Source: Mizuhopecten yessoensis
Taxonomy: Eukaryota
Direction: 5' to 3'
Assembly: GCF_002113885.1 (NCBI RefSeq)
Contig: NW_018408883.1
Coordinates: forward strand, 235,933 to 299,932
DNA length: 64,000 nucleotides
Part shown: positions 25,462 to 40,751 of the stretch, in pieces
Layout of the letters: each line of letters begins with the position of its first letter
Position numbering within the stretch: the stretch's first letter is position 1
The notes under the pieces: model-generated
What the model was told of the DNA's origin: nothing
The model's input: the letters and a program-made list of their open reading frames with translations, nothing else
Database searches by the model: none
Position numbers and translations under genes: made by a program

Positions 25462-28400
25462 TTAAATCCTGACCAACCGGTCGGCTCACTCCGCAGCTGT
25501 ACGATGAGCGAGACATGAGCGAGACGATTTCGTTTTTCCGATCTGAACTTTCCCTTTGTTGATAGTTTAACCTATATCCCTTCGATGTTTACATGGCACA
25601 GTTGATTCCGTATTCAAACGTTGCTTCGAATTTCATGATTTCCGTGATAGATGAGGTGACGGAAAAACTAACAGCACAAAGTTACCAGAAATGCAGGCTT
25701 ATGAAGACTATGAAAATGTTTCATTGCCATTTTATCATGATCCAAATGGAAAATATGTTTTTTGTACGTGCGACCATAAAATTCGACTTATACTCATTAA
25801 GTTGTTTGGTGTTTCATTGTCACTTCCGCTGTTCTCGCTTTGGCATCACATTTATTTAATTTGAGCTAGATTCACTTTCGGAACACCTGCTCTTTTTCTC
25901 CTTGTGCTTTTTCAAGGGTCTCCATGTCCATTTCTATGATCAAAATATTTTCCCCATTTCATCGATTTTTTATAACCAATATTACTGCGAAATTTATACG
26001 TTTTTAGTATCTAATTTAGTGAAAATGCTAACCCATTAGTATTATATAGAGTTTAAAAGCAAATATATGTGGTATTATTTTGACAGTAAGTACTCGTCCT
26101 TATTTACAATATTCATTGTAATCTATACGAGTTTTCGTCTGTCCTAATAATCTTTGGTTTTACCCGGATAAATTATGGAATGTTGACTTCAAGTACATGT
26201 TGGTAGGGGGTAAAATCTATTATCTTAAACATGACTTTGAATGGCCTTTGTAAACAACCCGAAATAGGTCCTTACTTAGTGCAAACATGTGTTCGACCCT
26301 TATTACAGACAAGCTGATACTTTAAATAGTTAATTTCGATAGAACAATGTACAGAGAAAGCAACATAGTTTACAGTCTTCAAAACAAATTTGTACACAAA
26401 TGAAGTAATTTACCCGCGGGGAGGTGATATAGGGGATCTTAACCTGAGGGAGAATATACCTAAGTTATTAACACCAGGATTGCCAACTGATCAGCGAATT
26501 AAAACTCTCCCCAAAGTCATCCAATCACACCTCCAATCGGTTTTCTACAGCATAAACTCCCTCAGATTGCTTCCACCCGGGCTAAAACAAGTCATAAAAA
26601 AATATATAATCTCGTATTATTTGTAGAATATAATTAATTTTATCTTTATTTGGGCTCCTTTATTATCTAGACGCATCGGTGCAGCTCCTTGTAATAACTA
26701 CACCAATCAGTAGACGTATCAGTGTGACAGTTCCTCCACCAATTACACTAGAACAAAAGAAAACAAACTTATTTTGGGAAAAAACATAATTGTCTGACCT
26801 TTCAGATCGATTGTCATAAATATACAGAGGAATAACATAAACAGTGATAATTTCTCCCCCGCCAAGTTGTCATCCTCCTCAGGTCCTTGAAAATATTTTA
26901 TCAGCATTCAATTTCGTCAAATATGTTGACAGATACTGTCATAGTAACTGTATCTATGATAAGTTATCCCTCAAAAATCAATTCTGCTTATCATTACGAA
27001 ATCTCTATTTCAAGTATTCAATAACTGTTACAGCCTCTTCTCTAGTTTCACGTCCTTGATTTATTTATTTCGTTAATTTTGAAAAAAGATATTGATTTCG
27101 GGTAGCAGGCTAATTACGTATCATGTTGTCAACCTTGGTGGACTTGTAAACGAAATCTGATCCCTGAGTGTTCGTCCGCTGTTGTATTCGCTCTCTAATC
27201 AATGACCAAACTGTTAAATAGATCGGGTTGTCATCTGCCCGTTTTTCAGTATACTTTAAATGATGCTGTCATCTTTTCGGTCAGACACACGTGAAATGAA
27301 TAGAGAGATAGCGTCCGCCTCACCCATAATGGACATATAAAACACAACCTGCTGGATGAGAATTAAACATTTCCTAGCTAAAACGTTTATTCTAAATTCT
27401 TGTTTTGGTACTCAACAAATCAATTCATTGACAAAATACTTTGAGAGTTTGGCCATGCTGAGCAAGAAGGATATATCTTATTTAATATATCACTCACATA
27501 AGCTATGAAGTAACAGACCACGTACACTTAACCAGACGAAATAAGCTATCAACCGGGAACATGTAGTTATTGATTCTGCAGGGAAAACAAAGCCGATAAT
27601 GCAACGCTTGAAATATATCAGTGAAAATACACCGACCTTCAATTACACGAGAACAATTAGGTTTTGTTTCGTAAGGAAACAATTGTTATTGTACGGTGAA
27701 GGATTGGTCAAACCTCATAGTTCACCGTCAGGGTAGGAACATGACGTGTGGTCTTTACAGGGAAATCAATAGTACCGTTCATCTGCTCGCTTTTTCACAT
27801 GTTGTAATCCACCCAATACACGGCTCCTCTAATACCGTTATAACGTTATGTGTATTATACTATGTATATACCGGGGATTGAAGGCCTAGTCAGCTTAACG
27901 AAATTACATATAAGTATTAGACATTTGTAATGTTTGTTAAAATCAAAAGAAGACGATCGTCATTGAGCTTATATCAACTTTATGAATAGAAACATATATT
28001 GCAATATAATTCTTAAGGAGGAAATATATATGGCGAATTAAAAAAATGTTACCGTTCAGGTTAAGTTGACTAAAGTTTATATAAGTCAGCCTTGTCAATC
28101 ATTGATGTGAGCTTAACTTTCCGCTTTTGCCTGATTTAGTTGTAAGGTGAGGTTTACAGTTACAGGCAGTGTTAAACTTGGCGTCCCATTTGTTTTAAAC
28201 CGTGAATGGGTTTTTACCTATCTAACTCGCAAAGGGCTTTGACATCAAATTAGTACTCGAGGCCATGTAAATCCGGATTGTTAAACTATTCGGATTTAGG
28301 AATTAACCCTCTAATCGTTGTTTAACAAAGGATTTGTATTTAACAGAATGGCTGTTTCTTTACAGGTATGTAATATTGTATATACTATAAATACCTTCAA

Positions 28401-30847
28401 GTATGCAATGCATTAAAAAGTTAGCTAGCACAACCGGTGCTTTATACCTACATGTGGAAAGTTGAACACCTTATGATATTATGATTCTTCATGCATGCCT
28501 CGATACGTTGATGTTATTACACATGGGGTCCTCGAGTTATAACATCATGCTATCTTTTACTTTAATTCACTACACATTTAACATAACAAATCTATTAATG
28601 GCCTCAATTTTCCTTTTAATGTATCAAATGACCGTAATGGATGTTTCAACTTAGTAATGTACAAAAGTGTTAATTTTGTGTATCACGTCTCTATTCATGC
28701 GTAGTTAATAAGAGGCTTTACAAACACAAAACTGTGTACATGAGTACGGTTGTTCATAGGGTCCCAGTACATCAAGACAAGTGTCGATGTTTACTACAAC
28801 AATGGTTGTAGGTCTGTCGTGTGTGAAGTACACAAAGCACTATCTTGTTTTTGGTGTAATGGTACCACCACACAGCTCGTAACGGGAGCTGTATAAGTCT
28901 GTGTTAAATTTATATGTGTATTTGGAGGATTTTACAAAATCATGATGGATACGATGTCAATAGTTGACGAGACCCGAGGGGTAAGTCAAGTCAACTTTCT
29001 TGTATTTACAATACTATAAAACATGGAATCAATATATATAAACATTTCTATTATTTACATAATTGTTCAACTCATCAAGATGTTTTAATATAGTTTGTGT
29101 GAAATGTATACATTATATTTATTTCTTAGACATTTAATTAAGTAGTAATACCTTTATTTGTTTGCGCATTTTCAGCAGATTGCATATTATTTTTCATTTG
29201 TTCCTTTTCCAAACTCGAATAAAATTGTACATAACTAATATCAGATCAATATCTCACGTGAAACATAACAACATTCTTTACGATTTAAAAATAAATAAAA
29301 AATATTGATGTTTAAATATTGATAATATAAAAAGACATAGACATGTTACGTAATTAATTGAAACATTTTTTTTAAAACAAATGCCAGTAAAGAGACGATA
29401 ATTCTTTTTGTCAAAAAAAATACACTATTTAACTTTAGTAAATATATCAAATGTTTGAACACCTGTCTGCTGTAGATATACAGGATGTATATTACACGTG
29501 TCTCCTGCTATTGTCTGCCTTGCTGCGTCACGATGTGTTAACAAGATTAGTTTAATGTTTGGACAGCTTTAGTTCCCACTGATAAGAAGATATTTTTCAA
29601 AGGCAACCTCGTAAACGTAGTATCTCGGCATCTGTTAGTACATACGTGTGTTGTGTAGGTGTGTAGACATGCCATCAAACTTATTGAAACATGGAAGATA
29701 AATTGTCTGTTTTATTAGCAGTATCTATACAGACATCAATGTTTACCTATTGTCATAGTTTATTTACTGGCTTACAATCGTATGTAAACATATGCTTAGA
29801 TTTATTTGTGATACTTTGTAAATTTAAAATGACAAACTAAAGGGAATCATTATTACTGGAATGTTACAGAAAAAATCAGATTTTATTTAAAAATCAAAAA
29901 CATTATTATTCATCTTCGTTATTAGTGTGTCAATGCAATCAGGTACATAGTGTTGTGTCTATGTATGCACTTCAGTCATGACAGTAGAAATGACAGTGAA
30001 TATCCTACGTTAGTAAAGTATTTTAATCTGCTGCTAAACCACATATCGAAGGTGTCTATTTCAGATGTAAATCAACAGTTGCCTGTATACATACATATCA
30101 CGTATACATGAGTAACGTAAACTGTTTCATTTTGCCATTACATGCAGGTAGCCTGTCAAATATTTGATTGTCATTCGTGCAATTATCAAAGCCGGTATTG
30201 CACCTCCACGTAAAAGATTAGGTACAGTGCCTACTTCTTTCACTTTAATCCATGTACGTCATACATGTAGCTTATCCATAACAATAAAATTATTGTCGAT
30301 CCCTCTCCCTCCCCACAAGGAAAGATAAAATCGTACGAGTCGAATGCCAATTCTGTTTGTATCGTGTGAAAATCTCTTTTGACAAAAAGGGCCGTTAAAT
30401 CATGAATCTCTGTGTAAGTAAGTGAACGTATCCTCTGTTGGCTACCTTTTATTGTTAGGTCTATATGTGACGATTACTAAAGGCACCATGCCGAGTGGAT
30501 TTTAGCAGGGACAGTATACCATGGCTTACAGATTATAAGCAAACCGACCTCTATGGCGAAAATACTGACAGCTTACAAAGACACTGACCTGTGTTACGTC
30601 TCAATGACAGATTACATAAACACTGACCTCTATCACGTCTATACTTACCCACAGGTTACGATTTTGTCTATGGTTTTGCTGATTAGGAGCTGTATTGTTT
30701 TGCTGTGATTTTCCGGTTCTTGCTTTGAGGAAGCAGCATACTTGGACCTACAATGTAGCAGATTTCGCTTACCCTTCTGGAAATGCGGTCTTATCATATC
30801 TGGCCGTAGATTTATCGAGATTAAGATCGCAGTTTGTTAAAACTACA

Positions 30848-31041
30848 AACTCACCCAACTCATACCCAACTCACACCCAACTCACACCCAACTCATACCC
30901 AACTCACACCCAACTCACACCCAACTCATACCTAGCTCACACCCAACTCATACCCAACTCACACCCAACTCACACCCAACTCATACCCAACTCACACCCA
31001 ACTCATACCCATACCCAACTCATACCCAACTCACACCCAAC
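30848..31041. repeat. 11-bp tandem repeat (YACCCAACTCA)n, ~17 copies
   Basis: Direct read. Confidence 0.95.
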
Positions 31042-34000
31042 TTACACGCGCGCATACATACACTCGTATTTTATTTTTATACAAGTCAATATGATAGTTT
31101 TTATTATCCTTTAAATCAAAAGTAGAAAAATCCTTTTTCTCTAAAACGTTATTGATATGCCATTGTAGCGTATATATCATCAATGTAATATTTCTAATAT
31201 TTCTAATATTTTGTTAATACCACAAGTATACATTAACATCTATCATCCGTAGTCATTGAACTATCATTATATATTCCCACGTGACATAATGTACGTATCT
31301 TACATTCTTTCTACTGACACCTATATTAACTAGAGCAATATACACAAATCAATATCTGTTATTATCTACTTCTGTCAATATAATCTGGGGCAGTTATCCC
31401 CATATATGGGATGAACGAGCTAATGTATAGACAGGGTGTAGATACATGTATTGTATCGTCAGTGGTGGTACACAAAACGTTATCTTTATCGCGAGAAATT
31501 ATTTGTTTACCAAACCTTCGTATTCGACATTTTCTAATCTGTTGGCATGACATGAGTATTAATGATACCGCTTTATTATGTATACATCATGATTCGTTAT
31601 ATCAATTTAAAGATATATATTTGTAACATAATGCGTAATAAAAGAATGATACATGTACCTTATTAGGAAATTCAAACAAATGACACTCTAATATTTAAAC
31701 TAGGGTTTGCAAGATTTGAAAGGTATTAAAACAAGTAGCAACAACATTAATACCAATAAAACATGCAAAACACCATCGATGGCAGGCTCTAATCCCTGAC
31801 AGTAACGATCAGGAAAGCTTGTTATAAATCATAGTGATTTAATAATCACAGATTACAAAGAATGCTGCAGACTGTTGGAAGTGAACAATGGACCTGGATC
31901 AAAAGTAAACCATTTGGCGACACAGGTGCCATTTAAATGCATTTAGCATTAAGGCAAATCTTTAAACTGTTTTTCCTTTTTTACAATGCATTTATTTATT
32001 TGATTTGAATGTCACAATCTCCTTTAAGACTTTAAAAATCGCTAGTGAATGTAAATGATTTCGAAAATATAGTTTGCCTCACGAAAACGCTAACATTAAA
32101 TTATGTTACAGGTGTGTTTCCGATATTATTTATTAGTGTTTTTTATTTGTGTCAAAACGAATCTTGAAAAGACTCAATAATCAAATGATCGGATTTTGAC
32201 TAGACAATGTGCATTGAAGGTACACAGAATGCGTGCGGATACTTAGGTTTTGTATGTTAAAATGTTTTCTTAACAACCGAACATCAATACGTTTGTAGGT
32301 CTACATTGGTGCTATTGAAATATTGTTATGTGGTTGTTTGCTCTTTTTCGTTAAGGATAGAATCCTTGTAGGCCTGTCGTGTAGGCGATGGAGTCAGTGA
32401 TGTTCTGGTCTGACGTGTTAAGTATTGGAATGTATTGACCCCTCATAGGATCTATTCCTGGACAAACGTCTGTTTGTTTGAGTTTATTTGACACATTCTA
32501 ACACATATAAAGACCAAACAATCTCATAATACGTATGCTTATATAAGTGTACTTGTATAACATTAGACCTTAGGCCGATGTTCTTAAATCATATTGACCT
32601 TCTTATTCTTCTTCCAATTAAAGTGCAGGCCCTTAATGTATTCTCGCGCTGGATCCTCACTCAAAGTAAGAATCGCTTTACTAAGAATGACGTAAGAAGC
32701 TTAACATATTGTTATAACAGATTCTTATTGCACGGTTTTGGATCAACCTCACCTTACATCACTAAAAGTACATCATAGACAGCATTCATTTTCTTCTCTT
32801 TTATTTCCAAGATTCCAATGCTTTCCTTAATAGTTTAAATTTCATAATGGTACTATTATTTCTTAAAATAACCATTTATGAATAATAAATGTACTCCCAA
32901 TTAGTAAAGTTCGTGTCATTTCTATTTATGAAATAGTAATACTCCAGTCTACCACCGGCACTGCCAAATACAATTATCCGATACGTCAATAAATACTTCT
33001 ATCCAATAATACGCTATACATTACTTGCTGCTATCACAAGAAATAAGAAGTAATGACAGTTAATTTTGAACATACAATGATTGTTTATCTGACTGTGTTA
33101 AATGTATACACTTCATAGAAATTAATACAAGCAATCAAGATGATGATGGGATGACTCAAAAACATGTTCCGAATTTTAAATGTTATATTCATATTCGTTT
33201 GGAAATACCATCCGGATGTAGCAGGTAAAACTCCAATGAGCTGAAATCTTATGAATGAAAAGGTCACTCAATATTACTTCCCAGAGATATCAGACGTTAG
33301 AAACTGATTAGCTGTGTGTGGTGCAGCAAAATCTTTTGTTCATTGACTCGACATGCCTTAACAAAATACAAGGGATGTATTCAAACTAAAATAAAGGATA
33401 TTCACAGAACGTTTGTGACAAAGTTCGGTATTGGTTTCAATACAGCCCTGCCAAATTAATACGATGTAAGTCGCTAATTGCAATTCACATCCAAAGTACT
33501 ACAGGGTACGTATATGCTTACACGGCTTGTACTAAAGAACTAGCGAAGTAAAACGTGGGATAGAAGTATGTGTGTTGGCAGTTGCTAGGAAATGTATTTT
33601 TTCTTTCGTTGTTAATGAAATGGAGGAGTGAGAGGCTGAGTCAGGTGATATCGGAACCTCACGCGGGGCATTGATTTGTTGGTGTATTTCATACAACTGC
33701 TGTTTTGTTAGTATATAAACATATAAAAATATATGTCGATACTTCGATGAAAGGTTGAATAGCATATTGCACGGGGCAATCATTTTCTGTTCATAATTAT
33801 CTATGATTCGTTTTTGACATGAAAACCTGCATGTCACGTTTTAAATGATGTGTCATGAAACGCATAATATTTATAAAATGTAAACAAATTGACATCATTC
33901 CATATGTTGACCGTATGATGTCCATCGTCTGCATAAGATACAATGGAAATATATATATATCTGTATTTCATCTATCCAGGGCAGAGGCCATAACCAGTAT

Positions 34001-35169
34001 TACCCTAATGTCTAGCAATTATTTTGTTACGTTAATCCGGATCTAAACATATTTCTGGATTAACAAACTGGATCTCATCGATTGTTTTTGTTGGCATGTT
34101 TCAGATGTGCATTAGCTTTAAATCTGTTTACCTATTTTATTATAGTTTCAACTTCGTGACCGACATTATCGTCGGAATCGATACATGTAGCTATATTTAT
34201 TCGTTAAGAGAGCAATTTGTTCGTCCGAGAACGCTTACACGTCGCAGAACCTTAACACTCGAAATTTTGTTATCCAGATAAATGAAGTTTTTCTTCTTGT
34301 TAAGTTGTCTATTCCTGACTGTGCCCCTTTTGTTACTTTTCATTTTAATATTTCCTATCATGTAAGCGCCGTCGTGCACTAATCACCAGCGCATGTTATT
34401 GATATATTAATATAAATATTTATAGAATACCAGACATTGCCGACCACATGTGTTTTAACGGGCTTCGTTTTGATAGACATACATTGATCAGCTTAGTGCC
34501 GCTCAAGAGTCGATATTCCAGAACAGAGTACACTAGCACTTTAGGTGTTCCAATATCAGGTGTCGCTTGTTGTGTAATCCCCATACGTAGGATGTCTCTC
34601 ATCGATTCGGCAACCAACGATTCCTCTGTTGCGTAATCGAAATAAAAGAGAAAATAGCAGTAACGCAATACCATGTCCCACAACACTTAGAATCTCGAAT
34701 AGTTTACTTTTTATGTTCTGAAATAAATCTATGTTCACGCGTTTAAGACATACAAATGTTTCAAGTAGAGAATTCTTCCACAAGAAAATATTTATTTGAG
34801 AATAATCTAAAAATTCTTGCCAAATCCTGACATGAAAAAAAAATACAATTCATGAAACAAAAAGGTATTGAAAGATATATTTTGGCATTTTTGAAAAGGC
34901 CTGCTATACCTATTGCATGCGCGCGAGGAGCGACTTATGTGAGACCTCCTGTGGAATCGGGGGTAGTGGAGTTATTAAGGGGCATTGGAAAGTTCCAGTT
35001 AATTTCTTGATACAAATTAAATACTTAAAATGACATTTTTGTTAAATCATATTTATCAATATTTCCTTATATATGAACAATATGTACAGAGTATTTCGTC
35101 TAAACAATGAACACTGACAGCCAGACCGACACTCTTCATTACGATTAAACAGGTACTGAATCAGTTATG

Positions 35170-35592
35170 TTTGGTTTTATTGTTTGAGTGGTTTTACGTC
35201 TGCTACACTGCCGAGTAGTTCGGCTATCCAACAGATGAATAAAAGGGGAAAGGGAGATGAATGGGTGAAGTAGGTAGTGAAGGGAGATAGGGAAGGATGT
35301 AAGAGGAGAGAACGAGTCGTATCCTACATGTACTAATTTACAATGCTAACTTTTGCAAGATGACCCCTAGGCCTAATATTTGCCTTATCCTATCTATGTT
35401 TGACCTGAAAACACTAGTGGTTGGGCAACGCAACGCCACGAGGGATAACGACAGCTCCACACTAACATACACATATCCTCTTGGTCGGCGTTAGCACGTC
35501 TACTCTTCTTCGAAAAACCCAGAGGGGTCTTTATCGTGCAAGGTTGGAAGTTCTCACACGGGCCATCATTTATAGTCCCATCTAACGGACTA
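35170..35592 (-). mobile_element. 5'-truncated SINE with Deu/Nin-like core
   Basis: CTCTTCTTCGAAAA..GGGGTCTTTATCGTGC..ACACGGGCCATCATTTATAGTCCCATCTAACGGACT resembles the Deu/Nin domain (from memory); purine-rich tract and GTTT-type end to the left. Confidence 0.55.
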
Positions 35593-36561
35593 TATAAATC
35601 AGTTACAAAAACGTACACATTTATACCATATGAAAGTAGTAAGAGGCGTGTGTAATATAACCTTCTGCTAGGTTAAAGGTATGGAGAGATGATATAGTAT
35701 TAAAAGTAGAAATTGAACAAAGTTTTCCTGTGCATACTTTTCTGTTTTCATTCGTGACAATGTTACATGTATATATATATTTCATTAGATGCGATAGGTT
35801 ATGGCCACAGAAACCGGTCATTTCAGAGTGCTTAGCCTAGCGTTCACAGATCATACCAAGCACAATATCCAACAAACCAATCACATTTAGGTTTAAAGTA
35901 AATAGATTTCAGAGAGTTTCACTATGTATAATATCAACGGCAAACACATTTGCTTAATCCAACTTACAATTTTAATAGAATTGTATACTTCAGCCCGCTG
36001 GAAATTACATAACAATAACACAAAGCCCTATGTGGTCTATTAAATTGTCTACAATGGAGGGATTTGCTGATAATTTGGTTAGCCTTTTGGTGTATTCAAA
36101 TCGAGGTCTGCTAATCTCTCGTCGATTGATCGGAGTCAACTAGTGTTAACTGGAGTTCTGATGTAGAGCACAAATATACTCGTCCCTTAAATCAGGCAGG
36201 GAGTTAAAAAATATATTGATATGTATTACATGTATCAACAATAAGGGTACAGATAAAGCGTGTTCCTATGGAGAAATATATATATAACTATGCATATCCT
36301 TTTTAGATTTAACCTCGTGACAAAGTCCAGGGATATTCTATCGGTAACTTTTATATTCTTTATAACTTATATTTATATATCAGACCACATACATACCTAA
36401 TAATGTCTTTGATGTTTTGTCACGTTCTCTTGACTGACTTCTAATTGCCTATTCAGTTGATATCGATAGTTTGATTACGACTAGTATGGACGGTAATATC
36501 CGTTGGTGATTTATGTGACGTATTTTTTATGCATACAAATTTCCCAATAGCCAAAACTACC

Positions 36562-37608
36562 TAAGTGGCCTCCTTAAACCACAGCCAGAACTACTCGTGT
36601 GGGTATACCTTTAGTGGCCTCCTTAAACTACAACCAGAACTACTCGTGTGGGTATACATTAAGTGGCCTCCTTAAACTACAGTCAGAACTACTCGTGTGG
36701 GTATGCATTTAGTGGCCTCCTTAAACTACAGCCAGAACTACTCTTGTGGGTATACATTAAGTGGCCTCCTTAAACTACAGCCAGAACTACTCTTGTGGGT
36801 ATACATTAAGTGGCCTCCTTAAACTACAGCCAGAACTACACGTGTGGGTATACCTTAAGTGGCCTCCTTAAACTACAGTCAGAACTACTCGTGTGGGTAT
36901 GCATTTAGTGGCCTCCTTAAACTACAGTCAGAACTACTCTTGTGGGCATATCTTAAGTGGCCTCCTTAAACTACAGCCAGAACTACTCTTGTGAGTATAC
37001 CTTAAGTGGCCTCATTAAACTACAGCCAGAACTACTCTTGTGAGTATACCTTAAGTGGCATCATTAAACTACAGCCAGAACTACTCTTGTGGGTATACCT
37101 TAAATGGCCTCCTTAAACTACAGCCAGAACTACTCGTGTGGGTATGCCTTTTGTGGCCTCCTTAAACTACAGCCAGAACTACTATTGTGGGTATACCTTT
37201 AGTGGCCTCCTTAAACTACAGCCAGAACTACTCGTGTGTGTATTCCTTTAGTGGCCTCCTTAAACTATAGCCAGAACTACTCTTGTGGTTATACCTTAAG
37301 TGGCCACCTAAAACTACAGCCAGAACTACTCTTATGAGTATACCTTAAGTGGCCTCATTAAACTACAGCCAGAACTACTCTTGTGGGTATACCTTAAGTG
37401 GCCTCCTTAATCTACAGCCATAACTACTCTTGTGGGTATGCCTTTAGTGGCCTCCTTAAACTACAGCCAGAACTACTCGTGTGGGTATTCCTTTAGTGGC
37501 CTCCTTAAACTATAGCCAGAACTACTCGTGTGGGTATACCTTAAGTGGCCTCCTTAAACTACAGCCATAACTACTCTTGTGGGTATGCCTTTAGTGGCCT
37601 CCTTTAAC
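36562..37608. repeat. 49-bp tandem array, ~21 copies
   Basis: GTGGCCTCC recurs at 36565, 36614, 36663, 36712 and onward. Confidence 0.95.
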
Positions 37609-39506
37609 TTCACTCACTTACTGTATATCTAGCATAGAATAATATGCAACATATCTTAAGCTTTTAATTGTTTATGCTATTACTTTTAAGTCACAATGAA
37701 AATGTCTATATGTTTAATTTGACTAAATGGACACATATTAAGTGGTCATTTTATTCCTAAGCAGCTACACGTGTTTAGTGGCCACATGTCTTATGTTTTT
37801 CAGCAAAAAGTAACTTACTGTGTACTTAAATCTGACTTACAATTCACTATGTCATTTACTAGGTATTACACTAAGAAGTCAATTGTATTGAGGTACATGT
37901 ATCACGCTGCTTTCAAGGCTAATTAATATAATTAAAAACAAAACGCACTTGCCGATTTAATTAAATATGATTTTTTTGGCACAACCTTTCAATGACACAG
38001 CCATATCAAATGCCTAAATGTTTATGTCCATCACTAAGGAAGCTACCTTATGACGTCATAGATGGCATTTTGACGTCATATTTTTCCTTACTTATCTAAA
38101 ACAATTCTGCATAAGTATGTTTATGCTGTTAAAGGGCTAAGCATCCATAATATAGAATATCAAAGTATCATTCAAGTATGCAGATAGAAGAATAAGCCCG
38201 CTAAGTATATTACCGATTTACATATTTACGATGTGTAAGGGATGACTACATATAAAGAGTAGTACTAGGATAAGTGTTGATGGTCCGATTGTAATACAGT
38301 CACTGTTATAATACTATTTTACATTCCGAATTAATTGCCTTTTCATGTCACCTTAAATAACACGAATGTCAATTTCATTCAGGAAATGAACATAGATTCA
38401 ATTATTGTTGTTTCTAACATCATTAATAAATACATTACTGTTTGATACATGTGTCACCTCTCATAAGTTATATTATTCTTTAATGAAACTTGACGCTAAA
38501 GAAACCATAGGAGTCACTCTTAATGTCAATAAAACATATCAAATAACAACATAGAATAATAAAGTTATCCACAAAGAAACGACTGAGATTAAGGATAAAC
38601 CAGTAATTTGATGTTTATTTGAATGTACAGCGACGACATTATTTTGATTTCCTTTCAATTATCTTTTAGAAAGCCTTTCCGTTATGGACACTGTTAGCAC
38701 AAATGTTATTGACACACTTTTGTAAACACTTAAAGTTGGAATACAGTGATAATGTACGTCGTTTTTGACTCATTGTAATATTTCTTAATTTATTAATATG
38801 CATCAACAACAATAAAAAAGAATGATAAGCATAAATGGATTAACATTTTTTTGGCGTGGCTCAAATCCGAAGATATTCCGTTTTATGAGCTTTTTAAGCT
38901 TAACGAATCGAAGATCGAGCGATATTTAGGTGCACAATATCAGATAGACCGTCATGATTTCCAATTTTGGTCTGAATTCCAGGTTTCGTTTACCGATTGT
39001 GATGATAATTATTTTTTCAAATCTTGGTACAAGCATTTTTGTGTCATGTAAATACATTACACAACTTCATTGATATGGTAAAGCACAAGAGAAGAAGTAT
39101 GAATAAAACTACAATTCGGAACTCAAAATATATAAAACTTGAGTAAAATATGAACAAAGTAAAGTTTTACGCTGAGGTTTTTGAAATGGTACAATGATGA
39201 TAAGACTATGTATTTTGTAAGGGAAAGCAACTGCTTCGTCAGCGACAACTGCCATATACATTTCGGTCAAATATGAAGTTACATCACGCACTCAAAATGA
39301 TAACCAGGGAGGAGACAATGGAAAAAGGGAAACGCTGATTAGCATAAAAGACAATGAAATGTATGCTGCACAAGGAAATGTAATATTTCCAAAATGAGAT
39401 ATTGATGATCAAATCTATGTATGTCGAAGAAGCTGCGACACGTTCCACGAATCACTTTTCTTGTCTCCACATCATTTTGAGACTGATGTGTAATGTTATG
39501 AATTCG

Positions 39507-39675
39507 GATAAATGAGATAATAAATGTGATGATAAATGTTACGATAAATGTGATGAAAACTGTTACGATAAATGTTATGATAAATGTGATGATAAATGTG
39601 ATGATAAATATTACGATAAATGTCATGAAAACTGTTACGATAAATGTTATGATAAATGTTACGATAAATGTGAAA
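39507..39675. repeat. 12-bp tandem repeat (GATAAATGTKAY)n
   Basis: Direct read. Confidence 0.9.
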
Positions 39676-40751
39676 ATATATGTTAAAAACAGATTCCCAC
39701 AGTTATTCCCATTCCATCTAAATACATAAAATTTTAAGAATCTTGTTGAGAATAGACATGGTCATTTGTTGGCATTTGCTTTGTATTTTTATGCTGTGGA
39801 TGACCCGTGAGTGCAATATGTAGGTCACCCGTCATATAACATATGTACACATTTAACACTCCAAAAGTCAAGCTTGTTTGTTCTTTAATGACCATTTTGG
39901 TAATACAAATAGCTAATTATACAGCAAAATTGAGCGAGCTTCGTATTCGTATAAAACATGATAAACATCGGACAGATCTATCTAAGTTCAAAACACACAC
40001 TGCTGTTTATTTTACCCACATAGCCTAGGGGTCATAGACTATTTTATCAATATCATCCTAGTATCTCTATTTAAAACGAAATATAATTAACTTCAAAGTC
40101 TGCCCAGATAAATAGAAAGGTCAACAACTGATAATGCAGTGTCTGATACTTTCACGTTGTTTGTTAACGCTAAGATCCGACAGGGTGAGAGTGCAGAGAT
40201 ACTATGGAAGTCATACTCTAGTCTTTTTATCTATATTTTGTTCGGACGGGAAACAACGCAAAGAGCAAATAATAAAACCTCACTATATTTCCATCATCTA
40301 TCTAGTGGAAATGTTGTGTTATAAAGGGATGTCGCGATATTTTGAAGGAAATTCCGAATACTATCGATTTGAATAATACAAAAATGGCATCATGTCATCT
40401 TGGCAAATTAAACAAAAATCATTACCTTTAAACGTTACTGACAGTATTATGACAATAAACACACTTTTATTACAGTTTAAAATGATGTCATTCGATGTTT
40501 CCTCTCCACCTGATTAAAACTATTTTGAGAATGATGTGACTACGCCTTGACTGTACTGTACAGATTCGTTGTTTGTTTATTTGTGTACATCTTTTCTGTT
40601 TGGTTTGTGTTGTAGTTTGATTATAATGTATATTTGACTTATAGTTTAGACCTTTTACTTTTATGTTATAGTCACATGGTGACAAAGCGGTAGATGTTGT
40701 TTAATTTGTAGATGTTTTAATGTTAGTACAGGATAAAAAGGTATAGCCTAG

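Noticed and set aside
24420-28085. Possible 3.6-kb element bounded by inverted repeats
   Set aside because: The TTAA-type terminus faces inward, so these are better read as two separate copies of a dispersed repeat; no transposase lies between them.
30695-31114. 139-aa ORF rich in Thr/His/Pro
   Set aside because: Non-ATG start; its length comes from the stop-free 11-bp repeat.
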